This document shows, in pieces, positions 9,820 through 20,504 of a DNA stretch of 64,000 nt; the first letter of the stretch is position 1; each line of letters starts with the position of its first letter. The stretch comes from an uncultured Spirochaetota bacterium (GTDB taxonomy: Bacteria; Spirochaetota; Spirochaetia; SZUA-6; Fen-1364), in contig CAWAHW010000002.1 of the NCBI GenBank assembly GCA_963781885.1, positions 1,056,001 through 1,120,000 on the forward strand, read 5' to 3'. Position numbers and translations under genes: made by a program. The notes below the pieces were generated by a model that searched no databases, was not told where the DNA came from, and was given only the letters and a program-made list of their open reading frames with translations.

Positions 9820-10923
9820 ATGGCAAAACAGGCAGCAAGGGCCGCCGCCGCCCCGCAGGACAAGGCAGGAGCAGGAGCGACGCCACAGGCAAGGCGCGAA
9901 GGCACGAAAGCCGCAGCGTCCAAGAAAGCGCTCACCGGCAGACAAAAGGCGGCGGTGTTCCTCGTCACCCTCGGTTCCGATATAGCCTCCGAGATCTTCA
10001 AGCATCTGCGCGAGGACGAAATCGAGCAACTGACTTTCGAGGTCGCGCGTCTGGAGAGCATCGCCCCCCAGGAGCGCGATGAGGTGCTCCTTGAGTTTCA
10101 CGAGCTGATGATGGCCCAGGAGTTCATCTCCACGGGCGGAATCGACTACGCGCGCGAGCTTTTGGAAAAGTCCCTGGGAGGACAGAAGGCGGTCGATATC
10201 ATCAACCGCCTGACAAGCTCGCTGCAGGTGCGGCCATTCGATTTCGTTCGACGCACGGACCCGTCGCACCTTCTGAACTTGATCCAGCAGGAGCATCCCC
10301 AGACAATCGCCCTGATCCTGGCGTATCTCGAGCCGCAGAAGGCTTCCGTCATCCTCGGCAGCCTCCCGCACGAGATACAGTCCGACGTCGCGAAGCGCAT
10401 CGCCACGATGGACCAGACCTCTCCCGAGGTGCTCCGCGAGGTGGAGCGCGTACTGGAAAAGAAGCTCTCCAGCATGTCATCGGAGGACTACACCGCGGCG
10501 GGCGGAGTGGAGAACATCGTGGACATTCTCAACATGGTCGACCGATCGACGGAGAAGACCATCGTGGAAGCGCTGGAGGAAGATGATCCCGAGCTTGCGG
10601 AGGAGATCAAGAAGCGCATGTTCGTCTTCGAGGATATCGTGCTCCTGGACGATCGCGCCATCCAGAAGGTCATTCGCGAGGTGGATACCGCGGAGCTCGC
10701 CAAGGCCCTGAAGAGCGTGGACTCCGAGGTGCAGGACAAGATCTACCGCAACATCTCCAAACGCGCCTCCACGCTTCTCAAGGAAGACATGGACTACATG
10801 GGCCCGGTCCGGCTGAAAGACGTGGAAGAGGCGCAGCAGCGCATCGTTGCCGTCATCCGCAAGCTGGAAGAGCAGGGGGAAATCGTCGTGGCGCGCGCCG
10901 GAGAGGAAGAGCTGGTGGTATGA
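9820..10923 (+). CDS. fliG: Flagellar motor switch protein FliG (orphan copy)
   Basis: LTGRQKAAVFL, GGIDYA, EHPQTIALIL, MFVFEDI, MGPVRLKDVEEAQQ. Confidence 0.95.
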   Translation: MAKQAARAAAAPQDKAGAGATPQARREGTKAAASKKALTGRQKAAVFLVTLGSDIASEIFKHLREDEIEQLTFEVARLESIAPQERDEVLLEFHELMMAQEFISTGGIDYARELLEKSLGGQKAVDIINRLTSSLQVRPFDFVRRTDPSHLLNLIQQEHPQTIALILAYLEPQKASVILGSLPHEIQSDVAKRIATMDQTSPEVLREVERVLEKKLSSMSSEDYTAAGGVENIVDILNMVDRSTEKTIVEALEEDDPELAEEIKKRMFVFEDIVLLDDRAIQKVIREVDTAELAKALKSVDSEVQDKIYRNISKRASTLLKEDMDYMGPVRLKDVEEAQQRIVAVIRKLEEQGEIVVARAGEEELVV

Positions 10924-11441
10924 TGGTCGACTATAGAAAGCTCACCGAGCCATCGGTCCAGGTTGCGGAGGCTCTCACCCGCTGGGAGAACGACCCGGAG
11001 CTTGTTCCATTCACGCGGTATTGCAAGAACCAGGAGGAATGGGAAAGAAAAAAGATCGTCAGCCCCGACGGCCTTGCCGAGCGGATGCGGCGTCAGACGA
11101 TCTACCTCGTCTATCTGGACGACCATTTGATCGGCGAGCTGAGCTATGAAATTGACCCCGCGCTTTTGTACAAGAAGGAAAAAGGAACCGCCTGGATAGG
11201 CATTGTCCTCGGCGAGGAGATCGGGCGCGGCAGGGGAATCGGAGGCGGCGCGATGCAGTACCTGGAGGATCAGATCAGGATCGCCGGCTACAAGAGAATT
11301 GAGCTGGGCGTTTTCGAGTTCAATGCCAGGGCTAGAGCACTGTACCGCAAAGTTGGCTACGTCGAGATCGGCAGGATCCAGGCCTTCACCTGGTGGCAGG
11401 GAAAAATGTGGCAGGACATCCGGATGGAAAAACTCCTGTAA
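10920..11441 (+). CDS. GNAT family N-acetyltransferase (RimJ/RimL-like)
   Basis: RGRGIG acetyl-CoA motif; VFEFNARARALYRKVGY; ATGA overlap with fliG. Confidence 0.88.
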   Translation: MMVDYRKLTEPSVQVAEALTRWENDPELVPFTRYCKNQEEWERKKIVSPDGLAERMRRQTIYLVYLDDHLIGELSYEIDPALLYKKEKGTAWIGIVLGEEIGRGRGIGGGAMQYLEDQIRIAGYKRIELGVFEFNARARALYRKVGYVEIGRIQAFTWWQGKMWQDIRMEKLL

Positions 11442-11477
11442 GCCGCTCTGCCGATGCGCGCGGTCGAGCGTGCATTC

Positions 11478-13058
11478 TCATCCCTCCCCGTTCGCGACGA
11501 AGTTGTTGTAGTAGTATTCCAGCCCGTCGATCAGCGCCTGCCAGGATGCCTCGATGATGTTTTCATCCACCCCGACCGTGTCCCACGTCTGCTCGCCGTC
11601 GGAAGTCGTAATGAAGACGCGGACGCGCGCCGCCGTTGCCCGCTCTGGATCCAACACGCGCACCCGGTAATCGGTGAGCTTCAGCTTTTTCAAAAAGGGG
11701 TGGAGGGGAAGGAGGGCGTCGCGGAGCGCGCCATTGAGCGTATCGACGGGGCCGTCGCCGACGGCCGCGCCCATGAGCAGGTTGCCGTTGGCGCGGACAA
11801 AGAGCCGGCCCACGGTCTTCGCCGGTGTGCCGACCGACTTGTAGTTCTCCAGGTGGTAGTTGCTGAGCTCCAGGAGCGATTTGTACTGGCCGAGGGCGCG
11901 CCGGATCACAAGATCGAATGACGCCTCGGCTGCCTCGTACTCGAAACCCTTTTCCTCCAGCTCCTTGAGCTCGACGAGGAGCCGCGCGACGATTTCCGAT
12001 GACTTCTCGAAGTCGCCATACCGGGCCATCTTTTTCACGATCGTGGATTTGCCGGCGAGCTCGGAAAGCAGGACGCGGCGCTCATTACCCACCAGGGCCC
12101 CGTCCACGTGCTCCATGAGGCGCGGCGCCTTGCTGATCACGTCGGCATGCTGTCCCGCCTTGTGGGAGAAGGCGGCCTCGCCGACGTAGGGCTGGCGCTT
12201 GTCGGGGATGATGTTCGCTTTCTCCGCGACGAAGCGCGAAAGCGCGGTGAGAAGCGCGAGGTTGGCGCAGGCAGCGGCACCGTCATTCATCTTCAGGCAC
12301 AGGGTGGGGATCAGCGTGCAGAGATTCATGTTCCCGCAGCGCTCGCCCCAGCCGTTGATCGTGCCCTGCACGTGCACGGCGCCGTGCGCGATGCCGGCGA
12401 GCGTGTTGGCGATGGCATTGCCGGTGTCGTCGTGGAAGTGCACCCCGAAAGCACCCAGCTCCTTCATCGGCAGCTCGGAGATGATGCGGGCCACCTCCGA
12501 CGGGAGGGTGCCGCCGTTGGTGTCGCAGAGCACGAGGCAATCGGCGCCCGCGTCGCGGGCCGCGCGCAGCGCGGCAAGGGCATACGCGGGGTCATCCTTG
12601 TAGCCGTCGAAAAAATGCTCCAGATCGTAGAAGACCTCGCGCCCCGCCGCCTTCAGGGCGGCGAGTGAATCCGCGATCATGCGGAGATTCTCCTCTTCCG
12701 TCGTCTGGAGCACCTCGCGCACGTGGGCCTTCCAGGTCTTTCCCACCACGATGACGGTGGGGGTTTCCGCCTGCAGGAGCGCCGTGATCTGCGGATCCGT
12801 ATCGGCCTTGCCCATGGGCCTGCGCGTCGAACCGAATGCCACGACCTTCGCGTGGCGAAGGCTCTCCTTGCGCATCCGCTGGAAGAACTCGCTCTCCTTG
12901 CGGTTGGAAAGGGGAAAACCGCCCTCGATGTAGTCGATGCCCAACTCGTCCATGGCCAGCGCGATCTGGACCTTGTCCTCCAGCGTATAGCTGATGCCCT
13001 GGCCCTGCATGCCGTCCCGTAACGTCGTGTCATAGATGACCGTGCGCCGGCCGCTCAT
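11478..13058 (-). CDS. cimA: Citramalate synthase
   Basis: YDTTLRDGMQG, IEGGFPLSN, GKTWKAHV, EHFFDGYK, NIIEASWQAL. Confidence 0.88.
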   Translation of the reverse strand: MSGRRTVIYDTTLRDGMQGQGISYTLEDKVQIALAMDELGIDYIEGGFPLSNRKESEFFQRMRKESLRHAKVVAFGSTRRPMGKADTDPQITALLQAETPTVIVVGKTWKAHVREVLQTTEEENLRMIADSLAALKAAGREVFYDLEHFFDGYKDDPAYALAALRAARDAGADCLVLCDTNGGTLPSEVARIISELPMKELGAFGVHFHDDTGNAIANTLAGIAHGAVHVQGTINGWGERCGNMNLCTLIPTLCLKMNDGAAACANLALLTALSRFVAEKANIIPDKRQPYVGEAAFSHKAGQHADVISKAPRLMEHVDGALVGNERRVLLSELAGKSTIVKKMARYGDFEKSSEIVARLLVELKELEEKGFEYEAAEASFDLVIRRALGQYKSLLELSNYHLENYKSVGTPAKTVGRLFVRANGNLLMGAAVGDGPVDTLNGALRDALLPLHPFLKKLKLTDYRVRVLDPERATAARVRVFITTSDGEQTWDTVGVDENIIEASWQALIDGLEYYYNNFVANGEG

Positions 13059-13561
13059 ATCGCCTCCCGTCGGAAATCGGACGTCGAGAGAAGATACGGC
13101 ATCCAGCCCCCGGCGGCGATCACCGCTTCCATGAAGGGAGGGTACGGCTTCAACCGGACCTCGGCCCCCGTGGGCAAGAGGAGAAATCCCCTCTGGAGAT
13201 CGATGTCGATCTCATCGCCTTCCTTCACGAGCGCCGTGATTCCCGCGGCCTCGACGATGGGAAGGCCGATGTTGATGGCATTGCGGAAGAAGATGCGGGC
13301 GAAGCTGTCCGCGACCACGCAGGCGATGCCCGCCGCCTTGAGCGCAATTGGCGCGTGCTCGCGGGAGGACCCGCAGCCGAAGTTGCGGCCTGCCACCATG
13401 ATGCTTCCCGCCTGGACGCTCGCCGCGAATCCGGGCCGCACGTCCTCCATGCAGTGGGCGGCAAGCTCCTTGGGATCGGTGGTGACAAGGTGGCGGGCAG
13501 GGACGATCTCGTCCGTATTCACATCGTTGCCGAACACAACGGCGTGTCCTTTCAAGCGCAT
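13055..13561 (-). CDS. leuD: 3-isopropylmalate dehydratase small subunit
   Basis: FGNDVNTDEIVP, NFGCGSSREHA, SFARIFFRNAINIG. Confidence 0.92.
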   Translation of the reverse strand: MRLKGHAVVFGNDVNTDEIVPARHLVTTDPKELAAHCMEDVRPGFAASVQAGSIMVAGRNFGCGSSREHAPIALKAAGIACVVADSFARIFFRNAINIGLPIVEAAGITALVKEGDEIDIDLQRGFLLLPTGAEVRLKPYPPFMEAVIAAGGWMPYLLSTSDFRREAI

Positions 13562-14831
13562 CAGATGCCTCCTTTGCCGGCGACTTCTCCGGGCTTGCCA
13601 CCCGTCCCGCGACCGCGCTTGCCGCTGCCGTGGCCGCCGATGCAAGGTAGACCTCGCTCGTGCGGTGCCCCATGCGGCCGACGAAGTTCCTGTTCGTTGT
13701 CGACACGCAGCGCTCCCCGTCGGCAAGGATGCCCATGTGACCGCCCAGGCAGGGCCCGCACGTGGGAGGGGATATGACCGCCCCCGCATCGAGAAAGACC
13801 TCGAAGAGCCCTTCCTGCAACGCCTGGCGATACACACCCGGCGTGGCGGGAATCACGATGCAGCGGGTGCCCGCGGCCACCTTGCGGCCTTCGAGCACGG
13901 ACGCGGCAAGACGCAGATCCTCGATCCGGCCGTTCGTGCAGCTTCCGATGATCACCTGGTCGATGCGCGTGTCATGCACGTCGCCTGCCGGATGGATGTT
14001 CTGCGGCAGGTGCGGTGCGGCCACCAAAGGCTCGAGCGCCGAGACATCCATGCGCACGACCTTCTCATATGTGGCATCCTTGTCCGGCGCGACGTGCGTC
14101 CAGGCCCGTTTCGTCCTGTGCGCAAGGTAGTCGGTCACCTTTGCATCGGTCGCGAATATGCCGTTTTTCGCGCCTGCCTCCACGGCCATATTCGCCATCG
14201 TGAGCCTTGCTTCGACGGAAAGGGCGTCGACCGTGGTGCCGCCGATCTCGAGTGACTTGTATGCCGCTCCCGACACGCCAATTGTGCCGATGAGCGCGAG
14301 GATGAGGTCCTTCCCGGTCACCCACGGCCGAAGCGTCCCGTTGAAATCCACCCGTATCGTCGGCGGCACGCGGAGCCACGCCTTGCCAGTGAGATAGAAA
14401 CCCGCGAGGTCGGTGGATCCCATGCCCGTGGAAAAGGCACCCAGCGCGCCATGCGTGCAGGTGTGCGAGTCGGCGCCGATGACGAGCATGCCCGGGACGA
14501 TCGCGCCGAGCTCCGGCAGGAGGGCATGCTCGACGCCGACCTCGCCCTGCTCGAAGAAATGCGTGCCGGGGTGGCGCCGGCTGAAATCGCGCAGCACCTT
14601 GGCCTGCTGCGCCGAAGCGATGTCTTTGTTCGGCGTGAAGTGGTCCGCGACCAGCCAGACGCGCTCGGGATAGCGGCAGACCTGTGCCCCCGTCTTCTCG
14701 AACTCCTCGATGGCGATCGGCGCGGTGATGTCGTTGGCCAGGCCGAGATCGGGCTCGATCAGGAGGAACTCACCGGGCGTCACCGTTTCACGACCCGCGG
14801 CCCGCGCCAGGATCTTCTCGAACAGTGTCAT
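13561..14831 (-). CDS. leuC: 3-isopropylmalate dehydratase large subunit (apparent 1-nt deletion near 13590)
   Basis: ADSHTCT, GSCTNGR, CGPCLGGH, STTNRNF; the natural TGA overlapping the leuD ATG is out of frame by one base. Confidence 0.9.
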
Positions 14832-16362
14832 GCGAATCTCCTTCGCCCTTGCGCGCGGCCTGATAGGCCTTCCACCGGTTGAGGGCGTTCACGTACGCCT
14901 TGGCGCTCGCTTCCAGGATGTCCGTGGAAGCCCCGCGGCCGACAAACTTGCGGCCGTCGATTTCCAGGGAAACGCTCACCTCGCCGATTGCCTGTTTCCC
15001 GGGTGTGACCGCCTGCACGATGTATTCGAGGAGCTTCGTCGTGAGGCCCAATGCGCGGTCGATGGCGTTGAAGATCGCGTCCACGGGCCCGTCGCCGGTG
15101 GCAGCCTCCTCGTGGCGATCGCCGCCCGAGCTGATCCGGACGGTTGCCGTGGGCACCGCGACGTTCCCGGACTGGATGTTGAAGTACTCCAGGCCGAATG
15201 TCTCCGTCTCGCGCCCGAGCTGGTCGGCGACGATGACGTACAGGTCGTCGTCGTAGACCTCCTTCTTGCGGTCCGCGATCTCCAGGAAACGCTCGTAGGC
15301 CTTCTTTGCATCTGCCTCCGCCACCTCCAGACCCAGCTCGGCGAGCCTGTTGCGGAAGCCGTGCAGACCGGAATCCCGGCCCAGAACGAGCTGGCTCGCG
15401 TCGCGCCCCACCGACTCGGGCGTCATGATCTCGTAGGTCTCGCGCTTCTTCAAAACGCCGTCCTGGTGGATGCCCGATTCGTGGGCGAATGCATTTTCGC
15501 CGGTAATGGGCTTGTTGCGCGGGATGGGAAAACCGATGGTGTTCGCCAGGAGCCGCGCCGTGTTCCATATCTGGCGCGTGTTGATGCCGGTGGTGTACGG
15601 GAGGATGTCCTTGCGCACCGAAAGCGCCATCACGAACTCCTCCAGGGATGCGTTGCCCGCGCGCTCACCGATCCCGCTGATCGTCACCTCGACCTGACGC
15701 GCCCCGGCGCGCACGGCCGCAACCGAGTTCGCCACCGCCATGCCCAGGTCATTGTGGCAGTGCACGGAGAGCACGGCCTTGTCCATGTTGGGCGTGCCTT
15801 GGACGATCGCGCGCAGGAAGTCGAAGAACTCCGTCGGCGTCGTGTATCCCACCGTGTCAGGGACATTGATGATCCGCGCCCCCGCCGCGATGACGGCGGA
15901 GATCACGCGGCAGAGGAAGGCGACGTCGCTGCGGGTGGCGTCCTCAGGTGAAAACTCCACCTCGGCCGCCTTGTTCCGCGCGTGGCGCACGGCGGCAACC
16001 GCCATTTCCAGCACCTCGTCGGGCTTCTTCCTGAGCTTGTATTCCATGTGCAGCGGCGAGGTGGCGAGGAAGGTATGGATGCGCGGATGCTCGGCGTCGC
16101 GTATCGACTCGGCGGCACAGTCGATGTCCTTTTCGACTGCCCGCGCAAGGGCCGCGATGGTCGCGCCGCGCACCTGCCGGGCAATCAGCTTGCAGCCCTC
16201 GAGCTGGTGGGGTGACGAGATGGGGAAGCCTGCCTCGATGACGTCCACGCCCAGCCGGCCGAGCTGGACGGCGAGCTCGAGCTTCTGCTCCACGCTCATC
16301 GATGCGCCGGGCGACTGCTCCCCGTCGCGCAGTGTCGTGTCGAAAATGCTGATGCGGTCCAT
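14788..16362 (-). CDS. leuA: 2-isopropylmalate synthase
   Basis: FDTTLRDGEQSPG, HCHNDLG, GIGERAGNA, HESGIHQDG. Confidence 0.95.
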   Translation of the reverse strand: MDRISIFDTTLRDGEQSPGASMSVEQKLELAVQLGRLGVDVIEAGFPISSPHQLEGCKLIARQVRGATIAALARAVEKDIDCAAESIRDAEHPRIHTFLATSPLHMEYKLRKKPDEVLEMAVAAVRHARNKAAEVEFSPEDATRSDVAFLCRVISAVIAAGARIINVPDTVGYTTPTEFFDFLRAIVQGTPNMDKAVLSVHCHNDLGMAVANSVAAVRAGARQVEVTISGIGERAGNASLEEFVMALSVRKDILPYTTGINTRQIWNTARLLANTIGFPIPRNKPITGENAFAHESGIHQDGVLKKRETYEIMTPESVGRDASQLVLGRDSGLHGFRNRLAELGLEVAEADAKKAYERFLEIADRKKEVYDDDLYVIVADQLGRETETFGLEYFNIQSGNVAVPTATVRISSGGDRHEEAATGDGPVDAIFNAIDRALGLTTKLLEYIVQAVTPGKQAIGEVSVSLEIDGRKFVGRGASTDILEASAKAYVNALNRWKAYQAARKGEGDSHDTVREDPGAGRGS

Positions 16363-16375
16363 GACGGTACTCCTT

Positions 16376-16903
16376 TCACTCCTCATCCGATTCGCCGCGG
16401 CCGCCGGTCGTCACCGGCACCGCGCTTTTCCTGCTGCGCTCCATTGCCACGATCCCGCTGCGCGCCATCTCCACGATTCCGTACGGAAGGAGGAGAGCGA
16501 TCAGGTCGTCGATCTTTTCCGGCGACCCGCTGAGCTCGATCGACATCGTGTCGAAACCCACGTCCATGACCTGTGCCTTGAAGACGTCGGCCACCTGGAA
16601 TATCTCCCCCCTTTGGGCCGCCTGCGCGCTCACTTTCACGAGCATGAGCTCGCGGTTGAGGCAGGGCACGCCGGTGAGCTCCGTCACCGTGATCACGTCC
16701 ACCAGGCGGTTGAGCTGCTTCTTGATCTGCTCCACCACCGCGTCGTCGCCGGTGCAGGCCAGGGTGATGCGCGACACGGTGGGGTCGGTGGTGGTGCCCG
16801 CGGTGATGCTCTCCACGTTGTAGCCGCGTCCCGACAGGAGCCCCGATATGCGGGCCAGGACTCCCTGCTGGTTTTCCACGTGCAGCGATATGATATGCGT
16901 CAT
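16376..16903 (-). CDS. ilvN: Acetolactate synthase small subunit
   Basis: VENQQGVLARISGLLSGRGYNVESI ACT domain; RELMLVKV. Confidence 0.93.
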   Translation of the reverse strand: MTHIISLHVENQQGVLARISGLLSGRGYNVESITAGTTTDPTVSRITLACTGDDAVVEQIKKQLNRLVDVITVTELTGVPCLNRELMLVKVSAQAAQRGEIFQVADVFKAQVMDVGFDTMSIELSGSPEKIDDLIALLLPYGIVEMARSGIVAMERSRKSAVPVTTGGRGESDEE

Positions 16904-16914
16904 CTCACTCCCCC

Positions 16915-18639
16915 TCAGGCGTTCATCATCTCGTGGATGCCGGCGCCCGCCGGAACCATCGGCCATACATTTGCCTCCCGCTCGATCTGGAAATCGAGGA
17001 AAACGGGTCTGTTCGTGATGGCGCGCGCCTCTTCCAGCGCCGGCCCGATCTGGTCGACGTGGGCGATCCGGATGCCCACCGCCCCATAGGCCTGCGCAAG
17101 CTTCACGAAGTCCGGCGTGTACGGCGGGCAGTCATCCCGCGGCTCGGCGCAGTCGGGCGGGCATCCGGCGTTGCGCTCCAGGCAGACACCCGAATAGCGC
17201 CGGTTCTGGAAGACCTCCTGCCATTGCCGGACCATGCCGAGATATCCATTGTTGAGGATCGCCACGATCACGGGCACCCTTTCGCTCACGGCAGTGGCCA
17301 GCTCCTGTACGTTCATCTGGATGGAGCCGTCGCCGGCAATATCGATCACCCGGCGGCCGGGATTGCCGAGCTGGGCGCCGATTGCCGCGGGAAAGCCGTA
17401 GCCCATCGTGCCCAGGCCGCCGGATGTCAGGAGCGACCGCGACTGCCGGAAGGTGAAGTACTGGGCAGTCCACATCTGGTTCTGGCCCACCTCCGTGGAG
17501 ATGATGGCGTCGGGGAATGCGGCGGCAATCGCGCGAATGACCGTGGCGGGGGAAAGCCTTCCGTTGCCGGGAAGCTCTCCCAGCGGATGACTGCGCTTCC
17601 ATTCGTCGGTCTCCGCGATCCAGGCGGCGTGGTCGGGCCTTTTCAGGAGCGGCAGGAGCTCATCGAGAACCGACGCAGCGTCGCCCACGATCGGGACATC
17701 CACGGCCACGTTGCGCGAGATGGATGCCGGGTCGATGTCGATCTGCACCACTGTCGCATGCGGCGCGAACTTCGAGAGGTCGCCCGTTGCCCGGTCGTCG
17801 AAACGCGTGCCCACCGCGAAGAGCAGGTCGCAGGCCTGCACGGCGGTATTCGCCGCATAGGTGCCATGCATGCCGACCATGCCGAGGAACCGGGGGTGAT
17901 CGCTTGGCAGCGCACCGATGCCCATGAGGGAGGCGACGACGGGCACATCCACGACGTCCTGCGCCCGGCGGAATGCGACCGCGGCGCCCGCAACATGGAT
18001 GCCGCCGCCGGCGTAAAACAGCGGCTTGCGTGCGCGCGCGAGCGCCAGCGCCGCCTTGCGGATCTGAGCCGGACTGCCGCGCGTCACGGGCTTGTAACCG
18101 CGGATGGAGACCGGGCCGGGGAGGGGATCGTCCGCCGCCTCCGTGAGCACGTCCTTGGGAAGGTCCACCAGGACAGGGCCGGGACGTCCCGTCCGCGCAA
18201 TGTGAAAAGCTTCGCGGATGACCCGGCCCAGCGACGCGCGATTGGTGACCAGATAGTTGTGCTTCGTGACCGAGCGGGAGATGCCGACGATGTCGGCCTC
18301 CTGGAATGCATCGTTTCCGATCATGGAGCGCGAGACCTGGCCGGTGAAAACCACAAGCGGGACGGAGTCGAAGTTCGCCGTGGCGAGACCCGTGACGGTA
18401 TTTGTCGCGCCGGGCCCGCTCGTGACGAGGCAGACCCCGACGCGACCGGTGGAGCGCGCGTAGCCGTCCGCGGCGTGCACGGCGCCCTGCTCGTGCCGCG
18501 TGAGCACGAGGCGCAGACCCCGTTCGCCGTAGAGGGCGTCGAAGACGGGGATCACCACGCCGCCGGGAAAACCGAAGACGATGTCGACCTTCTCCTCTTT
18601 CATCCCCTCGATCAGGAGCTGGGCGCCTGTCCGCGTCAT
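16915..18639 (-). CDS. ilvB: Acetolactate synthase large subunit
   Basis: [44 protein letters not shown]. Confidence 0.95.
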   Translation of the reverse strand: MTRTGAQLLIEGMKEEKVDIVFGFPGGVVIPVFDALYGERGLRLVLTRHEQGAVHAADGYARSTGRVGVCLVTSGPGATNTVTGLATANFDSVPLVVFTGQVSRSMIGNDAFQEADIVGISRSVTKHNYLVTNRASLGRVIREAFHIARTGRPGPVLVDLPKDVLTEAADDPLPGPVSIRGYKPVTRGSPAQIRKAALALARARKPLFYAGGGIHVAGAAVAFRRAQDVVDVPVVASLMGIGALPSDHPRFLGMVGMHGTYAANTAVQACDLLFAVGTRFDDRATGDLSKFAPHATVVQIDIDPASISRNVAVDVPIVGDAASVLDELLPLLKRPDHAAWIAETDEWKRSHPLGELPGNGRLSPATVIRAIAAAFPDAIISTEVGQNQMWTAQYFTFRQSRSLLTSGGLGTMGYGFPAAIGAQLGNPGRRVIDIAGDGSIQMNVQELATAVSERVPVIVAILNNGYLGMVRQWQEVFQNRRYSGVCLERNAGCPPDCAEPRDDCPPYTPDFVKLAQAYGAVGIRIAHVDQIGPALEEARAITNRPVFLDFQIEREANVWPMVPAGAGIHEMMNA

Positions 18640-20327
18640 GTTTTCCCTCTCTCACGGACGGCGCCGCGCGATGCCGGCCCGACGCTTGCCGCATATGCGT
18701 CGAGGAATGCGCTGCCGGTCGATGCGACCCGGGGCACGAATGCGGCAGTCCTGCGCTCCCATTCGTCTTTCTCTATCAGGAGGTCCAGCCGCTTGCCCGG
18801 GATATCGATCCGTATCCTGTCCCCTTCCCGTACGATACCGATGGGGCCGCCCATCGCGGCCTCGGGGGTCACGTGGCCGATGGATGCCCCGCGGCTTGCT
18901 CCCGAGAAGCGTCCGTCGGTGATCAGCGCAACCTCCCGGTCCAGCCCGATACCCGCGATCGCGGAGGTGGGCGCAAGCATCTCCCGCATGCCCGGGCCGC
19001 CGCGGGGCCCCTCGTAGCGGATGACAATCACGTCGCCCGGCCTGATCTTTTTGCCGATTATGGCGGCCTGCGCGTCCTCCTCACCGTCAAACACGCGCGC
19101 GGGCCCCTCGTGCACGAGCATCGCCGCGTCGACCGCCGCCTTCTTCACGACGCAGCCCTCCGGGGCGAGGTTGCCTTTCAGCACTGCAAGGCCGCCTTCC
19201 GCGTGGTAAGGCCGGTCGGGCAAGGCGATGTAGGTGCCGTCGGCCGCCGGGGCGCCGCGGTATGATTTCTCCAGGGACGATCCCGTGACGGTGAGCGTGC
19301 TGCCGTCAATGCACTTCATTCCGGCCAGCGCCTTCAGCACCGCCATGACGCCTCCCGCGGAATGAAGGTGCTGCATGAAATGGGGCCCCGATGGGGCAAG
19401 CGAGCAGAGATGGGGGACCTTTGCGCTCAGCAGGTCGAAATCATCCAGCGTGAGCTCCACGCCTGCTGAGGTCGCGATGGCAGGGAGGTGGAGCGCGGAG
19501 TTCGTCGATCCGCCGAGCGCCATGTCCAGCGCCACGGCGTTCAGGAATGCGGCGCGCGTCATGACCGAGCGGGGGGTGATGCCCTCCTTCACGGCACGCA
19601 CGGCGGCGCGCCCCGCCTCGCGCGCGAGGATCTGGCGGTCCGCATAGACGGCCGGGATCGTGCCGTTTCCTGGAAGGGCAATCCCCAGCGCTTCCGACAG
19701 GCAGTTCATGGTGTTTGCGGTGAAAAGCCCCGCACAGGAACCCGTGCCGGGGCAGGCGGAGCATTCCAGTCTCTTCAGGTCTTCATCCGACATGGCCCCC
19801 GCGCCGTGCTTCCCCACTGCCTCGAAGACCGTCTCCAGGCCCACGGCGCGGCCGTCGAAGCTTCCCGCGAGCATGGGCCCGCCCGAGACGATGACGGCAG
19901 GGACGTCCAGGCGCGCGGCAGCCATGAGCATGCCCGGCACGATCTTGTCGCAATTGACCACGAGCACGAGGCCGTCCAGCGCGTGCGCCTGGGCCACGAT
20001 CTCCACCGAATCGGCAATCAGGTCACGGCTGGGAAGCGAATACTTCATCCCGACGTGGCCCATCGCGATTCCGTCGCACACGCCGATGGTGCCGAACTCC
20101 GCCGCGATCCCGCCCTCCGCCCAGATGCCTTCGCGCACGCTGTCGGCAAGACGGCGCAGCTCCCGATGTCCCGGGATGAGCTCGCTGTACGAGTTGGCGA
20201 TGCCGATGACGGGACGGCCCATATCGCCGTCTTCCCACCCCAGGGCGTGGAAAAGGCTCCTGTGCGGTGCGCGCTCCGCGCCCTCCTGCACGGCCGCGCT
20301 GCGACGTTTCGTTGTCCACGTGCTCAT
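18636..20327 (-). CDS. ilvD: Dihydroxy-acid dehydratase
   Basis: [33 protein letters not shown]; AGGAGG SD. Confidence 0.95.
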   Translation of the reverse strand: MSTWTTKRRSAAVQEGAERAPHRSLFHALGWEDGDMGRPVIGIANSYSELIPGHRELRRLADSVREGIWAEGGIAAEFGTIGVCDGIAMGHVGMKYSLPSRDLIADSVEIVAQAHALDGLVLVVNCDKIVPGMLMAAARLDVPAVIVSGGPMLAGSFDGRAVGLETVFEAVGKHGAGAMSDEDLKRLECSACPGTGSCAGLFTANTMNCLSEALGIALPGNGTIPAVYADRQILAREAGRAAVRAVKEGITPRSVMTRAAFLNAVALDMALGGSTNSALHLPAIATSAGVELTLDDFDLLSAKVPHLCSLAPSGPHFMQHLHSAGGVMAVLKALAGMKCIDGSTLTVTGSSLEKSYRGAPAADGTYIALPDRPYHAEGGLAVLKGNLAPEGCVVKKAAVDAAMLVHEGPARVFDGEEDAQAAIIGKKIRPGDVIVIRYEGPRGGPGMREMLAPTSAIAGIGLDREVALITDGRFSGASRGASIGHVTPEAAMGGPIGIVREGDRIRIDIPGKRLDLLIEKDEWERRTAAFVPRVASTGSAFLDAYAASVGPASRGAVRERGKT

Positions 20328-20350
20328 GAAGCCTCCTTTGCTCACGGAGC

Positions 20351-20387
20351 AAAAAAAAGGGCCGCTCTCCCGGAAGGAGAACGGCCC
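20351..20387 (-). terminator. Attenuator terminator of the ilv-leu leader
   Basis: GGGCCGTTCTCC-TTCCG-GGAGAGCGGCCC followed by T8, 24 nt before the ilvD start. Confidence 0.9.
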
Positions 20388-20414
20388 GCGCTGAACGTCG
20401 TCATCGACCGCGCG

Positions 20415-20504
20415 CTACCCTCCCGGGCGTCTCTGGCTCCTCTCAAGGAGGACGCGAATAAGGATGAGCCCGGAAATGGAAAGAGACCGGCAGGCGCTTT
20501 TCAT
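20415..20504 (-). CDS. ilv/leu attenuator leader peptide
   Basis: MKSACRSLSISGLILIRVLLERSQRRPGG; 9 of 13 central codons are Leu/Ile/Val; TTGACA at 20542-20537. Confidence 0.82.
   Translation of the reverse strand: MKSACRSLSISGLILIRVLLERSQRRPGG

Noticed and set aside
4137-11441. Prophage or integrative element at the tRNA genes
   Set aside because: No integrase, transposase, phage gene or att duplication was found
13212-14831. 539-aa extended LeuC or LeuC-LeuD fusion
   Set aside because: The extension is out of frame with leuD and non-homologous; one added base restores a stop overlapping the leuD ATG
16933-19017. Long antisense ORFs (694 aa here; also 22250-24016, 33875-35557 and others)
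   Set aside because: Shadow ORFs of high-GC genes with no recognisable motifs
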